A stretch of 64,000 bases of DNA. Origin: a virus (lineage: Duplodnaviria > Caudoviricetes). Shown here in pieces: positions 14,501 through 23,686 of the stretch; position 1 is the stretch's first letter; the number at the start of each line of letters is the position of its first letter. A program made the position numbers and the translations under genes. The stretch is taken from positions 96,001 to 160,000 of the IMG/VR virus record IMGVR_UViG_3300028591_000003, one strand, 5' to 3'. The notes below the pieces were generated by a model. It saw only the letters and a list, made by a program, of their open reading frames with translations. It was not told where the DNA came from and did not search any database.

Positions 14501-14664
14501 TAGGTACTCCTACAGAGATAAGTCTTATCAATCCTACTGCAATTACTACAGATGATAATCATTTGCATGTAGATGATTCTAGTAATATAGATTCACTTGA
14601 ATTGGTAAATATACCTAATGTTAAGTCATTTACAGCATTTAGTAGAATAATGGGAATATCATGA
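8509..14664 (+). CDS. Large multidomain protein (2051 aa): beta-sandwich/LamG-like region, CotH-kinase-like domain, C-terminal LRR
   Basis: ORFs 8719, 9136, 10258, 11197, 12712 and 14329 share one frame. CotH-like motifs: 'RKHGQSTLNYP' (~10680), 'FVLQANYADSSGVHN' (~10850), 'GLVDSLERN...WDMDIALG' (~11660-11757). LamG-like 'IKIGGSNSGIRVYNMRIYN'. LRR 'LQTLVLSNCSSLTEDIDLTNCPNL'. Confidence 0.75.
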
Positions 14665-16514
14665 CAAATTTAAAAATAAAATAGACAAATAGTAGTATAG
14701 AAATAGTTACTACTCCAGTGATTGCTAAATTATACGAATTGGCCAAAAACGGAGAAAACGTAGAATTATCTGGATATTTAAAAGTAAATAAGGCTTATGG
14801 AGATTAGGTTGATTATTTAAATGACAATTTTGGTCCAGATTTAGTTATTGATGCGACTGTTAGATATATATCATTTGAAGATCCTGTCGTTTAGTAGATA
14901 TGTGTTACTAATTGGGGAGATGGAGTTGGAATAACTGAAGATCAAGCAGCAACTGCAGAACTTAGTAATAAATTTAAAAATAATACTAATATAACTACTT
15001 TTAAAGAATTTAAGTATTTTACAAAAGCAAATACTAATCCACCTCGCGATTTATTTTCAGGATGTAGTAATTTAACTGATATAGATTTATCTAGAGCCGT
15101 TATAATAAATAATAATTTTAATGGAGACTAGAATCTCAGCATTGCTGCAATTTTACCAAATGTTACATAGTTAGGAGAATATTGTTTTTATCGTACTAGT
15201 ATTTATGGAGAATTAAACCTTCCTAAATTAATAACGTGTAATGGACTTTCGTAGTTTAGAGAATGTAGTAGTATTACAAAAGTTAAAAATTTAGGAAAAA
15301 TAAATAAAATATCTGGGAGTATGTTTTATCAATGTACAAATTTGTAGGAAGTATGTTTACCTTATGAATGTACTGAAATTGGAAGGTATACTTTTTATAA
15401 TTGTACATCGTTAACTACAATAAAACAATATAACTCATCAGTGGATGATTGGGCAAGTGAAGAAAGTAATTCTTATTTTCCTAATTTAAGTAAAATTACT
15501 GTTGTGAATGCTGGATCTTTTGAAAATGTTCCTATAACTCTAACATTAGACGATATTATAAATATTATAACATTTTATGGAAGTAGGGATGGAGGATTTT
15601 GTGGAAAAAAACAAAATAATTAGATATTATAGGTAGAAAATCTAAATCTTCCTAATTGTAGAACTATAGGTGACTGTACATTTCGTGGAATAACTTCTAT
15701 AAAAACAGTAAATCTTCCAAATGTTACTGAATTTGATGGAAACGGTACGTTTGCATATTGTACTAATCTAGAAGAAGCTACATTAAATGATAGAATTACT
15801 ACTATTGGAGGAGATTTTACATTTGGTGGTCTTGGTGCATTTGAGAGTTGTACAAAACTTGAAAGAGTTGTTCTACCATAGAATTTAACAAATACTACCT
15901 ATCGTATGTTTGCTGGATGTACTAAATTAACAAATATAAACATCCCGACTACATTAACTTCGTTAGGTCAAGCTTCATTTCCACACACACTTACATCTTT
16001 GAAAAAACCTTTGTATTTTCCAAATGTATCTGGAGAGATGCCTCGTTATTTAGGTGGACCTAATTTTGCTATCTATCTTCCTAAAATAACTAGTACAGTA
16101 GTCGCTGACGGAACATGGTTTAGTGGACCTTAGAGCTCATAGTTCTCATATAGATATGAAAGTCATCCTATGTAGTTATTATATTTAAAAGATATTATAA
16201 GTTTTGGAGTATGCACATTTAATAGTGTTAATATAAATACACTTATAATAAATAATACAACTCCACCAACGCTTGTAATAAATAACGCACCAGTAAGTGA
16301 ATGGACCGGAATACCTACTGCAACAACTGATGTATTTGCAAACATTACTGATATTCTTAATATATATGTTCCTGACAGTGCTGTAGATGATTATAAAAAT
16401 AATTCTTTATACTCTTCATAGGCAAGTAAGATAAAACCACTTTCAGAATGTCCTAGAATAACAATAGCACAAGCTGAAGCTGGATAGATAGGTTTAATAG
16501 AAGAATATATGTAA
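14661..16514 (+). CDS. BspA-like leucine-rich repeat (LRR_5-type) protein (617 aa)
   Basis: 'YISFEDPVV(QQ)ICVTNWGDGVGITE', repeated 'F..C..L..V.LP..T.IG' units, C-cap 'IYVPDSAVDDYK'. TAA 16512-16514. Confidence 0.8.
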
Positions 16515-16605
16515 TTACGGCAAACTTTCTGAATAATACGACAATATAAAGAATTTTGTTGTTCATTATAATTATAACAAATTAATTCAAACATTTAATA
16601 ATATT

Positions 16606-17628
16606 ATGACACATTTAAGAATAGAATAGAATGAAGGCGTAGTAGAATATGTTGATTCTTCTGTTGTAGAAGAACTATATGATAAATCTAAAAATTCTTC
16701 TAATAATTTTATAGGAACAATCAATGTACCTGCTTGTTATAAAGAATAGGCTTTATATTTGACAACTACGTATCCTAATTTTCATATATAGTCACAAGAT
16801 TATTGGGTTTGGTTTTAGGATAAAGAATTCGAAACTTATATTTCTGGCATAGCCGGATCTGGGGGACATATAACTGAAACTCAAGCTAAATAGGTTACAT
16901 CTTGGTACTACACGTTTAGAAATAGCTTTTAGAACAAAGAATTTGAATATGTAGATTTTTCGTCATTTACGAATATGAAAAGTATTTATCTTAATACTAA
17001 TTCTAATGATATAATAAACTATTGTAAATTCAACATTCTTAATTTCGGTAATATAGAATCGGCAGTTAATGGCGATTATATTATGAATTAGAGTTTTAAT
17101 GCCAGAATTGCTAACGAAACATATGCTAAAATTATAATTGGTGAAAATATAAAAGCTATTGCTGATTATGCTACACGTTCGCTCGGTTTCGAAGAAGCAT
17201 ATTTCCCAAATTTAGAATATCTTGGTAATGGTACAGGATCGGCTTATGGTACAGCTAATGGTATTTCATATCACAGAAAATTTATATTTGTAGGAGATAA
17301 ATTAAAAGCTTTAGGAAGTCCTTTTTCAGAGAGTAATTAGGAAGATAATGGTGGAATTTTTGTGTTAACCGCAACTACTCCGCCAAAATGGCAAAGCTGG
17401 AATAATGGTGCAAAAACAACTGAAGGCACTGATAAAACAGCAGTACCATCAGTTTATGTACTCGGTGCTTATACATACTACGTACCCGATTCGGCGATAG
17501 AAAACTATAAAACAGAATTCGTATGGAGTACTATTGCTACAATGTTTAATGGAACAAGATTAAAACCTCTTTCAGAACTTCCAGATTAGTATAAAGAAAA
17601 AATAAGTAAATGGTATACTTTTGAATAA
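16606..17628 (+). CDS. Second, degenerate BspA-like LRR protein (340 aa), paralogue of the upstream gene
   Basis: N-terminus MTHLRIE(Q)NEGVVEYV parallels MTNLKIK(Q)TNSSIEIV. C-cap 'YYVPDSAIENYKT..W...LKPLSELP'. TAA 17626-17628. Confidence 0.7.
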
Positions 17629-17632
17629 TTAT

Positions 17633-17911
17633 ATGAAAAAATTTTATAATTGGATAATAAATATTCCAAAAGATAAATTATTACACTTAGATATAGAAAT
17701 GTTAATTACACTTGTTTCTATAGTAATATTTAAACTTTTTGGATGTGGATTAGAGTCATGTGCTTATGGATGGCTCGTAGGATTTTTATTCGGAATCGGA
17801 AAAGAAATTTATGACGAAATAAAATATAAATCGTCAACTTCTTCTGATTGGTTTGCTGATGTAATCAGTTGTACTTTTATTAGTATTTGTGCTTTATTGT
17901 TATTACTATAA
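17633..17911 (+). CDS. Small membrane protein (92 aa) with a DKxLH...KExYD...DWxAD motif (VanZ/YfiM-like)
   Basis: ORF track entry with the start moved to ATG 17633. Three hydrophobic segments. Confidence 0.65.
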   Translation: MKKFYNWIINIPKDKLLHLDIEMLITLVSIVIFKLFGCGLESCAYGWLVGFLFGIGKEIYDEIKYKSSTSSDWFADVISCTFISICALLLLL

Positions 17912-17913
17912 TT

Positions 17914-17943
17914 AAAGAGAGTCAGAAATGGCTCTCTTTTTTT
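17914..17943 (+). terminator. Rho-independent terminator
   Basis: AAAGAGAGTCA-GAAA-TGGCTCTCTTT hairpin followed by a T run. Confidence 0.85.
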
Positions 17944-18081
17944 GTTACTAAATGTAACTATCTGATAATCAATAAGTTAAAAAATTTTTAGTAATGTTTT
18001 CTCATTTATAAGGTCATAAATAATTTAATTTTAGTTGCAACTAGATACTTTATTTAAAATTAAAACTAAAATTATTTATTT

Positions 18082-19056
18082 ATGTCTGAAACAAAAGTTT
18101 TTAATGTTCCCGATGGAAACAACAGTATTAATCCTGCCTTAATGTTAGCACTTTCTCAAAACGGAGGTTTTGGTAATGGAATGAATTGGATGTGGCCTAT
18201 GTTTCTTTTCTTTATGTTCCCTTGGATGTTCAACGGAGGATTTGGTGGATTCGGAGGCTTCGGTGGAGCAGGAAATGTTATGGGAACTGGATTCTTATCA
18301 AATCAATTAAACAATGATGCTGGTAGAGATTTACTTTTACAAGCAATCAATGGTAGAGCAGATTCATTAAATCAATTAGCAGGTATTCTTAATACTAGTG
18401 TAAGCCAAGTTTAGAATGGTGTAAATGCTATTCAATCAGCTATTCAGAGTGTAGGTGCTCAAGTTGGTATGTCTGGACAGCAAGTTATTAATTCTATTTA
18501 GAATGGAAATGCAGCTCTTAGTCAACAATTATGTAATTGTTGCTGTGAAAATAGATTAGCTATTGCAAATCAAACTAATGCTATTCAGGCTCAAGCTGCT
18601 GCTAATCATTCTGATGCTATTCTACTTGCTTCTTAGAATCATGCTGCTGATCAATTACAAAATGCACAAATTGAAGCTGCAGATCAATTAGCTGTTTGCC
18701 AGTAGACTAATACTCTTACTAATTAGTCTGATAGAAATACTAATAGTATTCTTAATGCTATTGCTGGTCAGAATACACTCATTACAAAAGAGTTCTGTGA
18801 CCTTAAAGAAAGAGAATTACAAAATAAGATTAATACCCAAGGCGATATTATTACTCAGTTAAGAAATCAAATTAGCAACGATCATCAAACTCTCCAGTTT
18901 AATGCTGCTTTCCATGCTCTTGATGACAAGATCGATGCTATTGCTGCAAAACAGCCAAATACTGTTCCTGTTCAGTGGCCTAATCTTATCGGTGTAAATG
19001 CTACTCCTTATATCGGAGGAGCTTGGGGTTATGGACAAACTAATTTTTGGAATTAA
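18082..19056 (+). CDS. Gly-rich membrane-anchored, Gln/Asn-rich coiled-coil protein with a CxCCC motif (324 aa)
   Basis: ORF 18082 extends through TAGs to TAA 19054-19056. 'WMWPMFLFFMFPWMFNGGFGGFGG' and 'SQQLCNCCCENRLAI'. Confidence 0.8.
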
Positions 19057-19077
19057 TTAAAAATAGGAGGAAAGAAT

Positions 19078-19416
19078 ATGTTTGGAGCAACAACTAATTA
19101 TCCATTTAATTTTGCAAATAAAATGGGAATACCTATGATTGAAAGTAGTTCAGTTAATGTTACAGATACTAATGTTGTAATTAATATTCCAAGTAGAGCA
19201 TTTAGATTTCTTAGTGGAACTGGATTGATTCTATTTAGATTAAATACTGAAATTACTAATACCACTCTTCCCATTCTATTCTCTTCAAATGAATTTACTC
19301 AACCTCTTACTTTAGTAGGAGGTACTGCTGCAACAGGTACAGATATTTCTGCAGTTGGTGTTTATATTATTTATTATGATAAAAACGCTAACTTAATGTA
19401 GTTAATAAATATATAA
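19078..19416 (+). CDS. Hypothetical beta-rich protein (112 aa)
   Basis: ORF 19078 extends past TAG 19399 to TAA 19414-19416. AGGAGG at 19065-19070. Confidence 0.75.
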
Positions 19417-19880
19417 TGTTTTCAGCATTAACTTAGGGAAGTTCTGTCTATATATTAGACAAAACTTCCTCTCCTAAATATTCAATAGGAGAAGTTGTTG
19501 GAGTAAGTTAGCCTAAAATTAATTTTAATGGTTAGTCTACTGTAGATTTAAGAGTTAATGTGGATAATACTACATAGGAATTCAGTAACTTATTAAGCAT
19601 TAATAGTATAAATACCTATAATGGAGGAAAAGTTATTATTAGTGAAACTAAATAGGGAATTCAAAACGAAGTAGAATCTATACTTGAAAATAGTAAGAAA
19701 ATTATTGATAATATAGATGTTTATAAGTAGAATATTTCGGATTGTGAAGAAATTCTTAAGTAGTTAAATCCACAATTTGCTAAAGATAAGGAAAGAGACG
19801 ATAGACTATTAAATTTAGAAAATAGATTTGATGGTGTCGAATCTAAATTGGATAAAATTTTTAACTTAATATAGAAATGA
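19416..19880 (+). CDS. Hypothetical protein with C-terminal coiled coil (154 aa)
   Basis: TAATG overlap, 'MFSALT(Q)GSSVYILDK...LNPQFAKDKERDDRLLNLE', TGA 19878-19880. Not visible under code 11. Confidence 0.75.
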
Positions 19881-20089
19881 TAGTATTAGAAGTAACTGAG
19901 GATAAATATGGCAAACTTATGAAAGCTGTTTCTGAAATTGGAAAGCATTCTGAATGCCTTGCTGCTATATTTGAAGATTTAACTGAAGATTCCGAATATG
20001 ACGAAAGAATGGGAAATCGTAAGCATTATGACGATGATGATATGTACGGTTCTCGCTATGGCAGTCGTCGTGGTGGTAGACGTTATTAA
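19877..20089 (+). CDS. Small acidic protein with Arg/Gly-rich tail (70 aa)
   Basis: ORF track entry, ATGA overlap, ends 'YGSRYGSRRGGRRY'. Confidence 0.75.
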   Translation: MIVLEVTEDKYGKLMKAVSEIGKHSECLAAIFEDLTEDSEYDERMGNRKHYDDDDMYGSRYGSRRGGRRY

Positions 20090-20091
20090 TC

Positions 20092-20487
20092 ATGACTAGA
20101 AAACCTCTTGATTATTACGACGATAGACCTACTTCAATGAAAAGATATTTAAAATATTACGGACAACACTTTAATAAAAAACTTTGTGAATTTGCTATTT
20201 CTAAAATGGATCATGGAAAAACTCCTGTTACAAAAGATAAAGTGGATGAAATACTTAGTAAATATAATATTAATTTAGAATATAATGAATTATATGACTA
20301 TGTATATGTCTATAATATGGGAAATAATGATTTTCTAGGAAGTAGTATTCCAGATGAGAAACATTTAGCATTATATGTAAAAGATGTTATTGACGATAAA
20401 GATGGATATGATGGAATTGTATTCAATAGATGGTATGCTGATACAGTAACTTCTGGAACTCCTATTGAATGGGAAGAAATGTTATGA
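20092..20487 (+). CDS. Hypothetical protein (131 aa)
   Basis: ORF track entry. 'YLKYYGQHFNKKLCEFA...IDDKDGYDGIVFNRWYAD'. Confidence 0.8.
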   Translation: MTRKPLDYYDDRPTSMKRYLKYYGQHFNKKLCEFAISKMDHGKTPVTKDKVDEILSKYNINLEYNELYDYVYVYNMGNNDFLGSSIPDEKHLALYVKDVIDDKDGYDGIVFNRWYADTVTSGTPIEWEEML

Positions 20488-20882
20488 TTAAAGATTCTTT
20501 TTCAATTCATGACTGGGAAGTAACTATATTGTATGAATGTACTTGTGATGATATTGATTATATAATTGAAACTTTAGAAGGAATTTATTGTCCTAAAAAA
20601 TATATAAAAGAAGCAATAGAAAATTTAGAAACTTGTAATTTAAATATAGGCTTAACATATTCAAATTTAAAAATAAAAAGTTCTGTTATAGTAGTTAATA
20701 AAACAAGTTCATTTGCTCAATTAATAAATACAATTTCACATGAATATTTTCATTTAATATATCATATTGCAAAGGCATTTAAGATTAAAGATGAAGAAGA
20801 ATTAGCTTATTTAAATGGAGATTTAAATATGCGTTCTTATAAATTTGTAGAAAAATTAAATAAAAAAGTAGGTTCTTATTAA
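20484..20882 (+). CDS. HExxH-motif putative metallopeptidase-like protein (132 aa)
   Basis: ATGA overlap. 'NTISHEYFHL' followed by 'EEELAYL'. Confidence 0.65.
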   Translation: MIKDSFSIHDWEVTILYECTCDDIDYIIETLEGIYCPKKYIKEAIENLETCNLNIGLTYSNLKIKSSVIVVNKTSSFAQLINTISHEYFHLIYHIAKAFKIKDEEELAYLNGDLNMRSYKFVEKLNKKVGSY

Positions 20883-20899
20883 GAATCTACTTTTTTTTT
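20862..20899 (+). terminator. Rho-independent terminator (possibly bidirectional)
   Basis: AAAAAAGTAGGTTCTT-ATT-AAGAATCTAC followed by nine T. Confidence 0.85.
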
Positions 20900-20927
20900 G
20901 GTCTTATCTTAATATATAATATTTTTG
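20897..20927 (+). promoter_or_regulatory. Bacteroidota-type primary sigma promoter (TTTG-N19-TAnnTTTG)
   Basis: TTTG 20897-20900, 19-nt spacer, TATTTTTG 20920-20927. Lies just after the terminator and before ATG 20955. Confidence 0.6.
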
Positions 20928-20954
20928 AATAAAAGATCTAAATTTATAATAAAT

Positions 20955-21050
20955 ATGGCTAGACCAAAACCGTTATCTCACAAACCTGGAATTAGTAAGG
21001 GTAAACCTTATGGAAAAGGAGGTAGAGTTGGGAAATAGACTTCTAAATAA
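20955..21050 (+). CDS. 31-aa basic peptide MARPKPLSHKPGISKGKPYGKGGRVGK(Q)TSK
   Basis: First ATG after the predicted promoter, with an AT-rich leader. Carries the YxxGGR motif seen in the cargo proteins. Overlaps the next gene. Confidence 0.5.
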
Positions 21051-21396
21051 GATCTTTCTTATTTATACTAAATATATTCCACATATAGTTGCAATTTTAT
21101 ACGCAATTTATACTTTATTAGGATTTTATGGAATAGATTGGAATTTAATGGGATGTGTATTTCATGTATCATTGTTAATTTGGATACAACTTTTATTCAC
21201 ATCATTTAGATTCAAATATTGTTATGTTCATAGACTTCCAATATATTATATTGGATTAAATGAATTAATAACTTGTGTAGATTATTATATCGGAATTCCC
21301 ATATCTGAATTTAATTTATTAGTTATTCATATACTTTTTATTTGTTTAATGATTATAGGGTATTCTTTTTATTACGTTAAATTTAAATTAAAATGA
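21010..21396 (+). CDS. Membrane protein with about four TM segments (128 aa)
   Basis: ORF track entry, hydrophobic, contains 'FRFKYCYVHRLPIYY'. Confidence 0.7.
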   Translation: MEKEVELGNRLLNKIFLIYTKYIPHIVAILYAIYTLLGFYGIDWNLMGCVFHVSLLIWIQLLFTSFRFKYCYVHRLPIYYIGLNELITCVDYYIGIPISEFNLLVIHILFICLMIIGYSFYYVKFKLK

Positions 21397-21785
21397 AATT
21401 TATTCAACGATTAGGAGGACCTTGCTATTCAGTTTCTGATAATATTATTCCTCCCGTTACAGAATATTAGAAAATATTAAATATGCTTGCGGAATCCGGA
21501 TATACAAATGATTATAAATTATTTACAAATGGAACTTATGTTTGGATAGAAGGAACAAACAATGATAATTAGATAAAGGCTATTGTATTAGCTGATGAAA
21601 ATTCTTACCTAACTCCAACAATAGCAGGAGATTCGGAAAATAAAGTAATTTCATCATTAACTTAGGTAGAAGGTACAGTTAATCTTTAGCTCTTTATTGG
21701 AAAGAATGTAAGTTTTTATATACCTAATTATACAGGTTCTTTTATAGATAAAAAAATTAGGGAACAAAACTTATCGGAAGAATAA
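21393..21785 (+). CDS. Hypothetical protein (130 aa)
   Basis: ATGA overlap, four in-frame TAGs, TAA 21783-21785. Confidence 0.65.
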
Positions 21786-21789
21786 TATC

Positions 21790-22074
21790 ATGTTGAATAT
21801 ATTAAAAACTTTATTGTTATAGTTATTAAATGACATCGATTCTGAAAATTCAAATATATCAGAAGATGAATAGTAGTAGATTATTGAATTATTTTAGAAA
21901 ATAAATTCTAAAGAGTTATCTAAAATAGAATCTGCTAACTATATTGGAGTTTCTAGAGCTACTTTTGATAATTATATAGCGAAAGGATTAATTCCGAAAG
22001 GAAAGAAACGGCAAGGTTTCAAAGAACTTTCTTGGAATAAAAATGATTTAGACAAATTTCTCAGAATGTCCTGA
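21790..22074 (+). CDS. Excisionase/MerR-like helix-turn-helix DNA-binding protein (94 aa)
   Basis: 'LSKIESANYIGVSRATFDNYIAKGLIPKGKKRQGFKELSWNKNDLDKFL'. Contains TAG TAG TAG (21871-21879) upstream of the intact HTH. Confidence 0.8.
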
Positions 22075-22097
22075 GAATTTAAAAATATTTAAAAATT

Positions 22098-23123
22098 ATG
22101 AATATAGGTATTAATGATTTAGATGATGATGATTTCGGTATGGGATTTGAACCATCAAGTTAGACTCCTCCTCCAGGTTAGGAACCTCGACATTAGGAGC
22201 ACGACGATGATGATGATTTCTTATCAGATTTTTTGAAAACTAGAGGTATAGATGATCCTTCTAAAATCAAATTTGAAGGAGATGATGGAGGTATAGAAGA
22301 AAGAGATTGGAATTCTTTATCAAAAGAAGAGAAAATTAACATTTTAAATACTCCTCTAGAAACTCATGAAGATAATAAGTCTAATGAATTAACTTAGGAA
22401 GAAATTGATTTTATTAATCAAATTAGACAATCTAATCTAACTCCTAATCAATTCGTAGAAGGAATTAAAAATCAACAAGTTTAGATAGAACCTCAATATA
22501 AAGTAGATGATTTATCAGACGATGAATTATTTTTACTAGACTTAGAATCTAGAGTTGGAGATCTATCTGAAGAAGCAGAAGCTTAGGCATTAGCAAATGC
22601 TAAGCAAAATGAAGATTTATTTAAAAAACAAGTAGAAGGAATTCGTAGAGAATATAAAGAAAGAGAAGATTATGAGACTCAGAGGGAAGAAGCTAGAGTT
22701 GAACAAGAAAAACAAGAAGCTTATAATCAATTCTAGGATACTGTTATTGAGTCTATAAACCAATTTAATAGTATTGGAAATTTAGATTTAAACTTTGATG
22801 ATTCAGATAGAGAAGAACTTGCATAGTTTATGTTATCTAGAGATGAAGCTGGAAATAACTATTTGTGGTAGGCTTTATAGGACCCAGAAACTTTAGTGAA
22901 AGCTGCTTGGTTTATTCTTAATGGGGAAGAGGCCTTAAATGGAATTTCAGATTATTTTGTAAAGTAGATCAAATTGGTTTCAGATAACCAATACAAAAAA
23001 GGTTTTGAAGAAGGAAAAAATGGATAGACTCCTTCCAGACCTTAGGTAGTTATTAGTAAAAATAATAAACAAATAAATCGTCCATCTTATAAAACAATAG
23101 AAGATCTAGATGATGACGATTGA
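22098..23123 (+). CDS. Acidic protein upstream of the major capsid gene, putative scaffolding protein (341 aa)
   Basis: Open with TAG=Gln to TGA 23121-23123. Asp/Glu-rich and helical. Function is inferred from position. Confidence 0.65.
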
Positions 23124-23143
23124 TATAATGGATAATAGAATAT

Positions 23144-23686
23144 ATGAAAATTGCTTCATTTACTTCTAATATCCCCACAATGGGTGATACTAGAACTTAT
23201 GAGGACTTTTATAAGTACCTTGGATTTAAACCTCAACGTCTTGGTGTTGTATCAAGAATGTATGATGATTTAACAGCTTCATTCCTTACTGAATCTTTAA
23301 AGAATATTTTCTATCAAGATGCTAAAGGAAGCGGTAACAAATATCAAAGTATTAATGCTTTAGCATATGACTGGGATATAACTAGCAACTATATCAAAAG
23401 AATTGAATTTGCAGCAGTACCTGAAGGTGATGGTGCAGGTGGTACAGAAATTGTAATGGCTTTCAGAGAAAGATATTACGAAAAGTATGATACCTTCAAA
23501 ATTGAAAATTCTGGTCAATAGTGTATGGTAGTAGGTCGTCCTGTAAGAAAGGGAGATAATTATTGGGAAGTAGTAGTAAGATTAGTTGATAATAACTATG
23601 ATACTGTTCTTGATGTAAGTGCTTGTCAACCTGGCGACAAAACACGTTGGATTAGTGCTCATATGCCCGAATTACACGAGGAGGGT
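23144..23686 (+). CDS. Major capsid protein, exon 1 (spliced product about 476 aa)
   Basis: ORFs 23144 and 23525 are joined by TAG 23519. Ends '...SAHMPELHEEG' at the predicted 5' splice site U23686. Confidence 0.85.

Noticed and set aside
1396-17628. Diversity-generating retroelement targeting the fibre or LRR genes
   Set aside because: No reverse transcriptase and no near-identical repeat pair differing only at adenines were seen in this window. One could lie elsewhere in the genome.
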